NCBI GenBank assembly: GCA_016748015.1
Contig: JAAOMT010000678.1
Location: forward strand, 538,389-602,388
Reading direction: 5' to 3'
DNA: 64,000 nucleotides
Source: Geosiphon pyriformis uo1
Lineage: Eukaryota > Fungi > Glomeromycota
This document shows positions 14,401-28,029 of this stretch, in pieces. Each line of letters starts with the position of its first letter. Position 1 is the first letter of the stretch. A program made the position numbers and the translations under genes. The notes beneath the pieces were generated by a model. That model saw only the letters and a list, made by a program, of their open reading frames with translations. It searched no databases and was not told the origin of the DNA.

Positions 14401-15054
14401 CGGTCATCAATGTGTTTCAAGAAAGCATGGCAGAAAATCTATTGTCTTATTAGCGTTTCCCGGGAAAAGTTTTTTTTCGTGAAATCACATCAATTCAATA
14501 AGAACAGAGGCATGAGACAATTTTTTATGTGGAATAGAGCCATGTGTCTTGAGAGATATCGATCAGTGATTTTCACTTTATTCCTTTAAAAATTTTGTCA
14601 CAACCATACGTTTGTTTTTAATTTCCACTTTTAGTGCATCGCATACCACCTGCTCAAAAACAAAGGAAATTTTTTATTTCAAAATAAATAGTAAAAATTA
14701 TGGATTAAACTTAAATACTCGGAGAAAAAGGTTAATCAAATAAGCTTCTTGAAAAATCTCCACAAAAGCATGAATCTATTTGCAGAATAAGAATAAGCGT
14801 GACTAAATTTTTATCGGGTCAAAATGTGTGATTAATGTTGTTTTTAGCAATAAAATTTTATAACAGAAAATAGTTTCAGAGTTTTGATATTTAATAAAGA
14901 AGCCTTTGAATTACAAGATAATATGTTGGTTTTGATACTTCAAATTTCATATATCTTATATATTTGCTCGATTGTTGGCCGAAAAAATCGAATACCAAGT
15001 CGATCGAGAATTGAAATAGTAAAATTTCGAACGTTATTCCGACTTTACATTAGT

Positions 15055-15127
15055 CGAGCTTGCCAGGGGTCGAACCTGGAATCTCCTGATTCGTAGTCAG
15101 GCGCCTTATCCATTTGGCCACAAGCCC
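15055..15127 (-). tRNA. tRNA-Arg (anticodon ACG), intronless, 73 nt
   Basis: Reverse complement GGGCTTGTGGCCAAATGGATAAGGCGCCTGACTACGAATCAGGAGATTCCAGGTTCGACCCCTGGCAAGCTCG: acceptor stem GGGCTTG/CAAGCTC, anticodon arm CCTGA-CTACGAA-TCAGG, T-arm CCAGG-TTCGACC-CCTGG; no encoded CCA. Confidence 0.97.
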
Positions 15128-16067
15128 CTCTCTTTGATGCCATGATTGACAAATTTTAAAATATTAAAAGTTAAAGATTTTTCATCTTGATAAAATTATG
15201 TAGGAAACAAAACCAAACATTTCATTGGTGACATTTTCAAAATTTTCTATTTAATATTGGAAAAACTGTTAAACTAAAAAATTTCTCACTCAAATACATT
15301 TTAAGGATTAAAAATTTCTTAATAATATTTTATGCTTCAATATTCTAATCAAATAAAAGTATAGGACAAAAAATAATTTTAAAATTGAGACTCTTAAATC
15401 AATTTTCATGTTTCAAATAAAGCTATTACAATTATTCAGGGGTTCTTTGAGAAAACTTAAATTGAAATACTTTTTTGGTTTAGTTCAAATGTAAAGCATT
15501 ACACAAAAGTGGGAGTTATTCCTTTATGGGGGCATGTTTTCATTGTGCTTTCTAAGCTTTATAAGATCTTACAATGAATTATTTTCAAATGGAATTTCTT
15601 TAAATTTCAAGAATAATAATTACAAATTGGTAAAAGGTAAATTATAAAACATTCCGAATTGGAACAATGATATTTACTGTTACTTAAACCCCAACCGTAT
15701 AAAATATTCCCCAACATATTGATTTTGTCAGATTCTGTCAAACAGAAGCAGGACAAAATTTTCTATATTAATTTTGGCTCATAAACCAATAGTATCATTT
15801 TCAAATTGCTAAAATTTTATAGTATTACTATATTAATTGTATTTTGATTCAATTTAAGCGTTTAATAGCCTTATATAAACAGGTCCTCGATTAAAGCTTT
15901 TCAAGAAAAAAAGTTTTCTTACCCTTCAAGCAACTATCTGATTCAAAAATAAAAAAATAAATCAATACCATTTGTTCAAAATAAACTCGTTACTCTGATC
16001 CAACCACTATATCACGTCTAGTGAAACTTTTAAGACGAAAAGTACTTTGAAAATTAATCATAGTGTC

Positions 16068-16262
16068 ATGGCAAATCCTCGTTTATTATTGAATAATCCG
16101 GTTATTCCCCCTTTTGCCCAAGTGCCTGATGAAGATCCTTTCAACAATGGTATAAACCCTTTTGCACCTAACATTGTCAACCATGCTTACCGGACTCAAC
16201 AAGTAATTGCTGTGACGATCCAAAAAAGGATACTCATGGAAAACTCTTACCAAGTTGGATAA
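16068..16262 (+). CDS. Small Pro/Asn-rich ORF (64 aa), possibly the remnant of an internally repeated gene extending to ~16450
   Basis: TATATAAA at ~15872 upstream, ATG at 16068. The same frame continues past the TAA with a second QVPDE..YRxxQ unit. Confidence 0.35.
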   Translation: MANPRLLLNNPVIPPFAQVPDEDPFNNGINPFAPNIVNHAYRTQQVIAVTIQKRILMENSYQVG

Positions 16263-19200
16263 TTGGAATTGGATGTCCACGCTATCAACTTTAGCCAAGT
16301 ACCTGATGAAAATTTTTCTTACCGAGCTCACCAAAATACCTGTTGGGATAATGGAAAAAAAATATATATTTCATGAAAAACTTTTAACAAGTTGGATAGT
16401 TGAATAATTGGGATTTGATTGATGACAACAACACAATCAACCACGACAAATATTTCTAATAGAAAGTATGGAAATGTTTGTTGCATTAACTCCTTACCAT
16501 AAAGAATAATGAGAAACTGTTCTTCTCAAACAAAATTTCTTAAACTGTAGACATTTTTTTTATCTCAAAGCATAAAGATTGATTCAAATATTCTTTAGGG
16601 AAAATTTTTTTTAATAATTTCTAATTTACAATTAATTAAGTTCTAAGTAACTTTTTATATTTTTATGGAAAAACTAAATGAATATTTCGTGGGTAAAAAA
16701 TTCAAAAACTTAATTTAGGAATCGAATATTATTCATGGAAATCTCAATTTAATTACATTATTATATATTCAATAAGAAAATACATGTAGTGCAACCAGGA
16801 ATTAAAATAAACGGTGAATAAAAGAGAATCGTTTCTCCCCGATCCCAAGTCGGATATAAAGAAAAAACATTTTTTGCTTTGTTTAAACATATCAAAAATC
16901 CCGAAGGAGATTACGTTTAATTAAAGGATCGTCACAATGAAAAAAAAATACAAACAAAACAAATCATAAAAACTGAAACATCAAATCGTCGATTAAAAAG
17001 AGAAAAATGTAATCAAAATAAACTGTGAAATAAAAACTTCAGAGTTCCTAACATTCCAAACTTCGAAAATCAGATTCAATTAAGAAAACTTTTGTTGAAA
17101 ATCTTTTCAAAAGCGACTTTTTCTTTTTTCATTTTCCCGCCAAGTAATCATGACTATTTCGCTTAAAAGTTTTTCCTTGATGTTTTCTGCAGTTGAAAAG
17201 AATTTTTTTTTTTAAGGTTCAATGGTATTGTCATTAAAATTAATGTAAAAATAAAAGAACAATTTTTTTTGCTGCTCGAAGCTTCTTAAGAATTAGAAGT
17301 GCTTGTTGAATAAATATTTTGCTGCGTATAATATGAATGAATTTTTTAAGCTAACTATTCTGGTTCATAATTTATACATTTTACAAAATTACTTTATTCA
17401 AAAATCTTAATTTTCAAATTAATCCACAAAAATTTTCTAGAACGTGAACAGAAAATCAATTCATTGTTCTCTCGGAGCATTCTTTTGATAAGCAAAAAGG
17501 AATTAATAATTAAAAATGCAAAAATAATAAATTGCCAAAGAGCCAAGCATTTATTTCGGATTTGGTAATAAAAATAAATTTCCTTTAATTTTCTTGAATA
17601 AAAAAAAAAAAAAAAAAAAAAAAAATTACAAAGAGGAAACAAAGTAAACTCAATCCTCAACAATGCTTTCATCAATTTAATATTTTGGCGTGGGAAAAAG
17701 TTTAGAAATAAACAGGAAATATCTCTTGTTTTAATAATATTTCTTAGGGAATTTTAAAATAAAACCTATGCGCACCCCTTTTTAACTGAGCCACTATTTA
17801 TTAGTTAATTATGACTTAAAAACTCGGAGACTCATATTATTTCAACTTTAAAAAACAGAATAAATTTTGATTTGTACAAATTTTTAGAACAAAAAATATC
17901 TAGTATTCCAATTTTCTAGCAAAGAGCTTGAAATATGATAAAATAATATTAAAATGCAATAAATATCCTTCCCAAGTTATAACTCAATACTATGTTCGAA
18001 ATAAATAATTCACCCTATTAATGATGCAATATTTTACTTTTGGAGGGAAATCTTATTACTAATGAAAGTGCAACATCATGTCATTAGATTTGAAACAGTG
18101 TAACGATGGGCTTTTTTTCTTTTGTAAGTTTCCCTTTTAAATCATTCCAAGGTTTCACAAAGTTTTAGTAACTCACCTAAATCATCAAGGAAAAAAGTTT
18201 GATGGAGACATCAATTTTGAAATTATATTTGTTTAATTAATGATAGATACATGAAAATCAATTTCAATAATTCAATAAACATGCACTAAAAAATTAGCTT
18301 TGGAGAAACTCTTTTTGTGGGAGTTGAAGATTTGATTGACCTTTGATGATCTTTCAAAAACGTAATCATTGGCGCACAAAACTGAAGATCGCATTTATCT
18401 TTTCTATTAACTTTTAACTAACGCTAGAATGGTCAGATTCCAATTATATCATAGATTTTTAAATAATAGTGAACTTAAAAAGAATAATTACAAAAAAACT
18501 TTTTAGAAAAGCCGAACCCTAGTGTTTCAAAATATCTCTTTTTCTATCTCCTGCATTTCTTGTTAAAATTTCTATATCTCTATATCTATATATTTTTACA
18601 AATATATTTATTTTGATTTCAAGGCTACACTTCAAAATCTATAAAGTGCAAAAAAATTTTATCACTTTTTAAATGAATGAATGAATGAATGAATGAAAAT
18701 TTTCCTATATATGGGTCTTGCATCATTTGTTTAATCACATTCCAGCAGCAAAATTCAATGTAAATCGATGTGATCGATAACAATCAAACCTCTAATTGAA
18801 AAAAGCTTTTCATGTAAAATACTTTATATTTTAAACAGTAGTGAATGAATTTTTAATACTTTCTATCGATCAATTTTTTCAATTAACAATAAAAAAAATG
18901 ATTAACTTAGCAGTAAAATACAAAATATATATATATATTGTATTTAGTTAAAGCATATTATGGATTCTTTTTGGGCAGGCCTTTTCAAGAATGCTTGGAA
19001 AAAAATCTTTTTTTTTTTTGGAAAATAAAGGAAAATTGTTTCATTTCTGACCTTGTGACAATGATGATGACATATTAATAATAGAATTTTTAATAAATTT
19101 ACTCGAAATCAAATATTTTTATTATGAAAAACAATGCATTAAACATACTTTCCAAAAATAGTTTCTACCATTACCAATTTAAAAAATTCAGGCAAAGTAT

Positions 19201-19989
19201 ATTTATTGTTTTCTTCTCTTTTCTCTTCTCGATTAAAAAGTTTATCAAAATCAATTTTTTAATTAGAGGAAAAAATATTGACCAGCTCAAATAGGCTTTT
19301 GGTGATTCAATAACAATATTCTAAAATCGGTGATATAAAAAGATAATTTTATGATTGGGGATGATATTAACAATTTTATGTGTATATATAGTTAGTGATA
19401 TTATCTTAATTTTTTGTTGTTTGAATTAAGACAAGCTCATTCACACAAATTTCCTTTTTTTGCTACAGACTCCATTATCATCCCTACTTTTAGTTTTACG
19501 GAAGTCTATCTCCTTTGATCTTAAATTCTAAAGAAGCCCCACGATTTTGGCGTGATAATAACATTAAAAAATTTTGAATTTATTATTATGAGTGCACAAA
19601 TATTTTCAAGTTATGTTTAGTATTTGTACCTCTAAGTGAATATAAACTTTTATTTAGCAATAGACGAATGTTTCATGAAGTAATTTTATGTAATAGGATT
19701 AAAGCCTCTCTTTTTTGGGAAAGGTTTTTACATATGTATACGTCCTTTTGGCCCCTTGATCATATTACTTCATACAGGCTTCGAGAATATGTAGTGAAAA
19801 TTTTAAAAAAAGTTAATAAATTAAATTTTTAGGTTTAAAATTTAATTATTATTATTATTTTTTATATTAGGATGAAACCAAATATGGGGTAAAAAACGTG
19901 TAAAGTTGTGAATGGCTTTTTTAAACTCTTGTACAAGCTAATAGAATGCAAATGATTTAGTTATTAAAATAATTTATTGTTTTCATGTT

Positions 19990-20136
19990 GAAGTAGAAAT
20001 TGAAATAGAAATAGAAATAGAAATAGAAATAGAAGTAGAAATAGAAGTAGAAATAGAAGTAGAAATAGTGGTAGAATAGAAATAGAAATAAAAATAAAAG
20101 TAGAAGTAGAAATAGAAATAGAAATAGAAATAGAAA
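19990..20136. repeat. Hexanucleotide microsatellite (GAAATA/GAAGTA)n
   Basis: Directly visible; explains spurious ORF 19957-20151. Confidence 0.95.
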
Positions 20137-20695
20137 TATATATTTATACAATTCTTCAAAAAAAAATTAAATAATTGAAAATTTCTTTTGAAAAAAGTCT
20201 TGTTTTTTTTTTCCTAGAGTTAAATCAAACTTTTATATTTCTATTTTATAAAATCTAATAATTTCTTTTGTGTTGTTGGATTTGAAATAAAAAAAATTTT
20301 TTTTTAAACATTTGAACGAAAATATCAATCAACAATTGTCAAACAGAGGTTGTGCTACTTTTGAGCCTTTTCTATATATTTTTTTTTAAAAAAAATAATA
20401 ATTTAGTATTGGATGTTCCTAAATTATTTATCCCCTTTAGTTTAAATTAAACAAAAAAGACATTTTACTTTATCATACTATAATGTTTTCTTACTTCAGT
20501 AAGTGATATGCTCTAAACGCCCATTTAAAAAACCCAATATTCAAAACCATAATTTATAATAGGTTTTGTACAATTTTCTCACGGAAAGCTTAAGTTAATC
20601 ATTGTATTCGAGGTTTTTCCAATGTAAATATTAGGTTAGCTCGGATTCATTGCGAATTCAAAAAGTGCACACGTACATCATGTAAAAAAAACTCC

Positions 20696-20703
20696 TATAA
20701 ATA
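20696..20703 (+). promoter_or_regulatory. Candidate TATA box of second HMG gene
   Basis: TATAAATA ~170 bp upstream of the ATG, followed by a pyrimidine-rich leader. The AT-rich background weakens this call. Confidence 0.4.
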
Positions 20704-20772
20704 CCCAAAGTCTTTCACATTGACAAAATGCTTTATGGACATTATTCCATTATTCTTTTGAAGGGCTTCACT

Positions 20773-20841
20773 TTTATTTTATTTTATTTTATTTTCTTTT
20801 CTTTTCTTTTCTTTTCTTTTCTTTTCTTTTCTTTTCTTTTC
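20773..20841. repeat. (TTTTA)n(TTTTC)n pentanucleotide microsatellite in HMG 5' leader
   Basis: Directly visible. Confidence 0.95.
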
Positions 20842-20869
20842 CTTCAAACTTTTTATATCTTTAAATCCA

Positions 20870-21994
20870 ATGATTGAGCTTGACCTCAAAGGTGTGAATG
20901 ATAGTGTTAAGTCAGACCTTAATGGCGTGGACTTATTCGAACTCAACATTAATGAATCTGATTTTTATCATTCACCTAGTGGCTCAAGAGTCAAGAGACC
21001 ACCCAATAGATTTCTAGTTTTTAGAATGAACGTTAAAAATATTGTCCAGGGAAGGAATTTGAGTTGGAATAAACAAATGAGAATAATAACCAGCGTTGCC
21101 TCTCAATATTGGAAGGAGTCTAGTATAGAAAAGAGAAAACCATTTATTGATATCGCGGAAAAAGTTAAAAAACATCACAATAAAAGCTTTCCTAACTACG
21201 CATATAAACCCTTAAAAAAAAAAACGGAATTTAAAGAATACATACCACAAAATACAGTTGATAATTGTACCGATGAAGAAGATGAAAAGGAAACCAAAAA
21301 ATCTGAAACGGAATTAATAAATTTCAAAACCCATATTCCTTCAACATCTCTCACAACAAAGGAAGCTTCTATTTCAAATAATCTAAACACAACACAAATT
21401 TGTACTTCAAACAATCCAAACACAACACCAATCACTCTCCCAATTCCCTTCAATAATGCAAACAACTCAACAAATTTCACTCTTGAAGAAGCCTATCATC
21501 CTATTTCCAATCAAAGCAACTCATATCAGCAAGAAAATCAAAACCAATCTTACTTCACTTCTTCCAACTTCCTTTTAACTAACCCTTATATTCATGGATA
21601 TGACGTTTCAACAACTCCAAAAACTATTTCCCCACAACTATCTCTTAATTTTCCTAGCCAATTTCTCATAAGTCAATTATTTTATAACTCTCAAGAAGGT
21701 TTAATCGATGGTGCAAATTTTTATTCATCAAATGTTTACAATGTTAATCCAGAATTTCAAGAGAATCAAGAATTTTCCCAATTCACCACAAAGTATAGTT
21801 TTCAAAGTCATTTTGTCGATGGTTACCCCTCATGTAATGTAATTGATTTGCCAAATGCAATGCCAAACTCATCCGAAATAACAATGGAATCTCATAATCC
21901 TAATTTTAATTATACCCATGTTGGTTATCCTGGAGAAAGTATAGAAGGGAGTGGGTTCGATATCTCGGATTATTTTGATCCCCTAACCTTTTAA
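20870..21994 (+). CDS. HMG-box transcription factor (MATA_HMG type), 374 aa, intronless
   Basis: KRPPNRFLVFRM...ITSVASQYWKESSIEKRKPFIDIAEKVKKHHNKSFPNYAYKP, then a long S/N/T/Q-rich tail ending in an acidic-aromatic segment (FDISDYFDPLTF). Confidence 0.93.
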   Translation: MIELDLKGVNDSVKSDLNGVDLFELNINESDFYHSPSGSRVKRPPNRFLVFRMNVKNIVQGRNLSWNKQMRIITSVASQYWKESSIEKRKPFIDIAEKVKKHHNKSFPNYAYKPLKKKTEFKEYIPQNTVDNCTDEEDEKETKKSETELINFKTHIPSTSLTTKEASISNNLNTTQICTSNNPNTTPITLPIPFNNANNSTNFTLEEAYHPISNQSNSYQQENQNQSYFTSSNFLLTNPYIHGYDVSTTPKTISPQLSLNFPSQFLISQLFYNSQEGLIDGANFYSSNVYNVNPEFQENQEFSQFTTKYSFQSHFVDGYPSCNVIDLPNAMPNSSEITMESHNPNFNYTHVGYPGESIEGSGFDISDYFDPLTF

Positions 21995-22058
21995 TCGAAA
22001 AAGCGTTTACTTCTGTTTAATATCCATTCAAGTGCTTGTTCTGATTTTTTTTGATTTG

Positions 22059-22182
22059 TTCTGATTTGTTTTGTTTAATTAGTCCTACTGTTATATTACG
22101 TTCTGTTGATTTGGTTTTATTCTAATCGTTTTGTTCAACTAGTCAAACTGTTATATTACGTTCTGTTGTTAGATTTTATTCT
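22059..22182. repeat. ~60-bp imperfect tandem duplication in 3' region of HMG gene
   Basis: Two copies of ttttgtt.aa.tagtc..actgttatattacgttctgttg....ttttattct. Confidence 0.85.
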
Positions 22183-24483
22183 CATATTTATCAGTATCTT
22201 GTACTTTCTGTTTAGCCGAATCGTTCTTTTTACCTGATTCTTAAACAATAGTATTTTAGAAATTTACAAAGAAATAAAGAAAATCTAAATAAAAATGCAA
22301 AAAGCAAAACCTATTATACTACTGCTATTGATTTCTCAAATACTTTTCGGTGAAAAAATCTTGCATGGACCTACTTGCTAGAAAAAAAATCCAAGAGAAA
22401 TTATTACTTCCTCTTTCTATAGGTATGTAGAGTAACATATCCCATTGTCGTTACTTCACACTGCATAAAAAACTTTTTTCGAATTTACTTAGTTGGTTTA
22501 AATTTAGACATAGAAGGACTAGGCACGGAATGAATGTACATATATGGAATTTTGTAGCCATATACAGGATGTGTCAGATTTAGGCATTACTATGAAATTA
22601 TTTTGGTTGATTTGAATAAAAGAAAAATTTCACTTGATGGAGTGAGAGTGGATATTCCATATAAAAATTAAGTAAATTCATTAAGCTAGTTGTATGATAA
22701 AATATCGAAATTTAGAAAAAATAGAAACTATTGACCACCAAGACGGTAATTGTCGTTTGCAAGAAGATTACGGCACATCTATCTAAAATATTAGGTCATT
22801 AAAAAATTGACAGATCCCGGAATCTAAGCAGAAATCATTCATATTTCAATTTTATTTTAAGCCTTTGTTTTGTTTTGTTTTTGTCATTAGATAAATACTC
22901 TTTCAGATCTTGTACCGGAGCAATACTTAATTAATTCATCCACTTTACTCAGTCAGCCCATATTTTCCTAGTTAATCTTCTAAAAAATAGAGAGAAAATT
23001 CGAATCACAAAAAATTGTTCTGTATACAAATTTATGTGAAGCCGTGTCTTTTTTCTGGGTTTTTTGCACTACATCCGTAACGTGACATATCAAATTGTCA
23101 CTCTTTAATGTGATTATGATGATTGAGTGTAGGGCATTGTTACTCGAAAAATGTGTATCCCTATGCTGCGCTTTTTTTTTAAATAAGTGAAATTAATGAT
23201 TTTAAAATATTTATCTAAAAAGTTATATAATTAATTTTCTGTTTATTTAATCTTTACCTTTAAGGCTGAAGTAATCGAATTTGCTAAAAATGGTCGACTA
23301 GGGAAATTGTTAAAGGGCTTAAAAAAAAACTTTGGCTAATTGCAACAATGATTTTTATTTCCAAAATATTTGCTCGGTCAAATTTGGTTAGCATCTTATC
23401 TAAAATAGTCAAGTATGAATGAGTTACAGAATTTTTTTTTAAATGTTAATAGCAGGCTTTTCAAATTTCGCCTGTATATTATCGATGAAATCATTTTGTA
23501 ATAATTTAATGCATATCTACTTTAGGTCATTTTCTCCTTTTCGTGTCATCCTTTGCCATTATCTCAGGGAAAATTAAGCGACAATGAAATTTTCAACCGA
23601 TTACGTACATCAAGAAAAATTGCTTCGCCCATTTAAAAACTCTAAACTAATTAGAGACAAAACAAAAAAGTTAATTTAGTTCATTTTATGCCCATTTTTT
23701 CTCCTCAAAGTAAACTTTCATTTGAAGGTTGTCCATCTCGATTTTCTTTTTCTAGCTTTTGAAGTGTCTGCGTAATAATCTAGCTTTTAACGTATCCACG
23801 TGATAAATGCGGGTGGATATTGAATAACTTATTAGCATGATCAAATATTAATAAGCAAAGCACGAGAACGATCATCATACTCTGTAAATGAAAAAATGGC
23901 AGCTGACTTCCGCGGTCAAAGCACACGTGCTTATAGAGCAACAAACATTGCTAGTACATGTATCTGACATAAATCCCCACAAATAATAAATTCACAAATT
24001 TCGTGTTCCTTGATCTCATGTGAACGTTTGGTTTTCAATAAATTATATGATTATATTTGAATTTATTTATTTTATTCAGAAAATTTTGTGCATGATAGAT
24101 ATTGGGTTTAAATATTCATGGCTTTGTAGCAATAGAAAATATTTTCAGATTTATTTGCAACACAAAAATCTAATTCTCCTATCATGAGTTCAAGAAAGAA
24201 TTTCTTAAAACAAATGTTGTATATTGTGGTCAAAGGAATTTATCATTGATTCAAATTTTTTGAACATTTCATTTGCAAAATTGAATTTTCTTGTGTTGTT
24301 AAGTCTGAACTGAAATAAATTACAAATTTATAAAATATTTTATAATGCTTGATTTCAATAAATTATCAAATAATAATTATTTAAGCACTCCCTCAGACTT
24401 TCTTTAGAACTCTCTAAGGATTAAATTAAACTTTTAGTAAAATTCAGAAAATTTTTATTTTAAATTTTAAATAATAAATTAAA

Positions 24484-24714
24484 ATGAATGGTTACGAAAA
24501 GTTCAAAGTTTTCTGGTTCCGATATCTTGCCCAAAAAAAAATGCCAGAAGATACAATTACATTGCCTTCAGCCAAAAAGCTTTGGGAAGATTATCCATAT
24601 AATTTGAAACTTGCCTTGGGAAAATCTCATATTGATGATTCACCAAGTCCAATTCTGTGTGAATACTTTTCGTTTATTACTTCGCATAAATATCAAAAAG
24701 GTTTTATAATTTAA
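24484..24714 (+). pseudogene. Possible degenerate HMG-box-like ORF
   Basis: MNGYEKFK..F...SAKKLWEDYPYNLK echoes helix 1 (xNxY/FxxF) and helix 2-3 (AKKxWxxxPxxxK) of the neighbouring HMG boxes; helix 3 is not recognisable. Confidence 0.3.
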
Positions 24715-25104
24715 TCAACCTGTCTCGAAATGGGCTCTCAACCAATGACGGCTGAACGGAATTGCAGTGATCAAAGAAATGCAGTTACCTCGTCTAATAA
24801 TAGCCTTTCATACAGCCGCAAGGAATATTGCAAGTTGACCGAGAATTTCTTGAAAAAGGAGGCAGTTTTCCTCTCTTAATAACCGGGGAGAAACTCGATA
24901 ATTTCATTTGATGTAAATGAAGCATACGAATTTGAAGATCAAAAATGAAATCTATGTTGATTTAATTTGATAATCAAAAGTATCTCCATTGTTAACCCAT
25001 ATGCGGCCATTCAATGAACATATGCTAATATTACACGACACATGGAAGATCAACTTATGCAGGGGGTATTGTGTGAAATGATGTTCAAGAAATAGTAGAA
25101 ACTT

Positions 25105-25220
25105 ATTATTATTATTATTTCTTATTAATATTTATTATTATTCTTATTATTATTCATTATTATAATTGTTATTATTATTATTCATTATTATTATTATTAT
25201 TCATTATTATTATTATTATA
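25105..25220. repeat. (ATT)n microsatellite
   Basis: Directly visible. Confidence 0.9.
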
Positions 25221-26689
25221 ATATAATATCTGAAGTTTATGTTTCTTTCAACAAGAAAATTGTTGAAAAATGATTTCAAAATCCATTTGAATGAATCAAA
25301 ACTTTAAATGTTGAAGCTTTGAATGTTTCCTGATGATTCTATTCTTTGGCACCATTCCTAAAATAGTCAGTAGCCTTCAAATATGATGTGAACATTTTTT
25401 CATTGGAAAATACATCGGAATTTGCGGACCTCTTGGATAAAGTTTCCTTAAGAATTCTAATAAAAAATTTCCATTTTAAATTATAATATGTATGTTCACA
25501 ATCATCAGTTCAATTTCTGTCAAGTCAATTTTCATGCATATCGTCGGAAAATATTTCTAGAAGGTACGCAAAGAAATTCTTTGTAATCCCAAAGCACGAT
25601 TCTCATCATTCTCATAGAATTTCAAATTTGTGAACTTGAGCTTAGATTCATGGCAATCAAATTGACGATTTTCCATTTTTTATATTGAGTTTTCCATATT
25701 TAAACTTGGTAATCTGGAACGAAAAAAAAGGGTATTTCAAATTCTAAATATTTAACCTCATTTTGTCCAAATAGTTTTATGATTTGAAAATTCAAAAATT
25801 TTTCTAAAAGAATCCTGATCTGTAACCCCTCTTCATACGGGAAACTTAATCTCCAAATATTAATACTACGAATTCTGGAAAGAAAAAACATCATCGAACC
25901 AATAAATAATATCCTTGGTTTTGAATGCTTTTCCTATTATTGGACAACAGATTGTCTTAATATGAAAAGATGATGTCACAATGTTTTTGAAGCAAGGCTA
26001 AATTTGTTCTTCAAGTGGTCGGAAAATGAACTCCAGTATGAATTTTAATAGAAATTGCCTCAAAAAATAATATAGCTTGGCAGACTTTTCAGATCGAGAA
26101 ATTATTTGTGCAGATTACAAATATTTGTTATATTAAACTTTTTAGGCCACGAAAATTATTCAAGTTCATTTTATTAAAATGTATATTGTATTTAAGCCTA
26201 AAATTGATTTTGAAATAATTTTATGATAAAGAAATATATATATTACATATATACTGCATATATTTTTATTTATTATTTGAATTAAATTCTAATAACTTGA
26301 AGATGAAAAAAAAAAGCCTAAACTAAGATGATAAAAAAAAGATTAGATTTATGTGAAACAAAATTTTTTGATATCGGGAAAGGGTTATCAGGGTAATGCC
26401 CATTTTGGAAAAGGTTCTTAAAGCGAGGAAATTTGCCTCAAGTATTAGGAATTTCCGTATCCAGTTTACAAAATTGATTTTCAAATTTGGGCCAGTGTTT
26501 GAACTTTTTTTTACGCAATTGCCATGGAAAAAATGAAATAAGAAAATTAAATTATTTACTCTTTCAAGGGTCAATCTCGTAACAAGGTACTTTATAATAT
26601 GAAAAAAAAACTACAGCTTAAAAAAAAAATTAAAAATTAAACCAAAAACTTATTTCATTGACAGTCTGAAAATCTCTTGGCCAAATAAA

Positions 26690-26985
26690 TAATGATAAGA
26701 AAAGGGTTGACCTTCCTTTTTTTGCAGGCGAGGAATATAATCAAGAATTAGCTGAAAAATACAAAATAATATTATTGACTTTGGAAAAGTAAGAATAGAG
26801 AAAAAAGTTTGTCAAAAATAAAATTTAAAAAATTGTTAATTCCTAATTGTTACTAGTCTACTCATGATACTAGTAAATTGTCCAATCCACTTTATTCTCG
26901 CTTAGATTGTGTTAATATTGATACTCCCAAGCCTAAGGGGTTTTTTTGAGATAAACATTGCTATTGAATATTAATTCCTTCTTAA
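26690..26985 (+). pseudogene. Bacterial-like gene fragment, possibly AAA+ ATPase C-terminal part
   Basis: FLIVTS/THDTSKLSNPLYSRLDCVNIDTPKPKGFF(TGA)DKHCY(TGA)ILIP resembles the AAA sensor-1/Arg-finger segment (IxTtN...lxxPLxSRld) and ends just before the pepP start. Confidence 0.35.
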
Positions 26986-26994
26986 CTTGTTAAT

Positions 26995-28029
26995 ATGATA
27001 AATGATGCTGTGCGAGAAATGTTTCCAAAGAAAAAATTTAGATGCTATGCTTTTTTTCCCCCTTGAAAATCGCTTTTGACTAACTGGTTATCGCTCAAAT
27101 TTAGGTTATTAAATCATTACTCCCCGGACTAAATACCTTTTTGTTGATGGTCGTTATATTACTGATGGCTAAAAAAATTTAGCAGGCAAGGGCATAGAAG
27201 TTTGTTTATGGAAAAATTGAGAGAGATAAAAAATTTCTTAAAAGAAGAGAAGATTAAGAATATAGGGTCTGAAAAAGATTATATAACAGTCGCATAACTG
27301 GAAAAATGAAAAAAGAGATGCTTACTGTTAGTTTAATATGAATAGAAACCAATAAAATGCGAATAATAAAAAATAGTCAAAGTAATCGAATGTGTTCGCC
27401 AAGCGGGAAAATCACTGACCAAACTTTTCAAAAATTATACGAACAGCAAAAGCTAGTATTAAAAAAAAAATATTGCCACAACTATATTAAACACCATGAA
27501 AGAGTTAGGAGCCGAAGAATTATCATTCGATACTATTGTAATTTCTGGCATAAGGGGAAGTTTGCCCTAAGAGCCCCTAGCAAAAAATTATTCAATTGGT
27601 GAACTAGTTACCATTAATTTTGGCAGTAAAATATGAAAGTTATTGTTCAGATTTTATTCGTGCTTTTTGCTTTGAGTAAATTAGTTAATACCTCAACTTG
27701 TCCAAATCTATCAAATATTTCGTGAAGCTCAATGAAAAGGTATTCAAACCTTAGAGTCCGGAATAAAATCTAGTGAAATTGACCGAATTTTACAGAGTTA
27801 TATTCAAGAAAAAGCTATGGAGAATTTTTTAATCATTCAACTGGCCATGGATTAGGTATTGAAGTTCACGAAGCTCCTTGGGATTCGAGTCATGATAACA
27901 CAATATTACAAACCAGAATGAATTTATATTCCTAATTTTGGAGGAGTAAGAATTGAGGACGACATTTTAGTTAAAGAAGATGGCTATGAAATGCTTGCTA
28001 ACTCTCCCCACGATTTAATTTATGTATAA
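26995..28029 (+). pseudogene. pepP: Bacterial Xaa-Pro aminopeptidase (M24B, creatinase-N + peptidase M24) pseudogene
   Basis: Across frameshifts/stops: NLDAMLFFPLENRF(TGA)LTGYRSNLGY*IITPRTKYLFVDGRYI; MKELGAEELSFDTIVISGIRGSLP; GELVTINFG..YCSD; YGEFFNHSTGHGLGIEVHEAP (GHGLG at 27843); YIPNFGGVRIEDDILVKEDGYEMLANSPHDLIYV*. No introns. Confidence 0.92.

Noticed and set aside
14884-15096. 70-aa ORF
   Set aside because: Non-ATG start, overlaps the tRNA antisense, no motif.
19957-20151. FY/FL-repeat ORF
   Set aside because: Translation of a hexamer microsatellite.
25400-26000. Coding-like minus-strand segment around ORF 25700-25894
   Set aside because: No recognisable motif or consistent gene model; cannot be supported.
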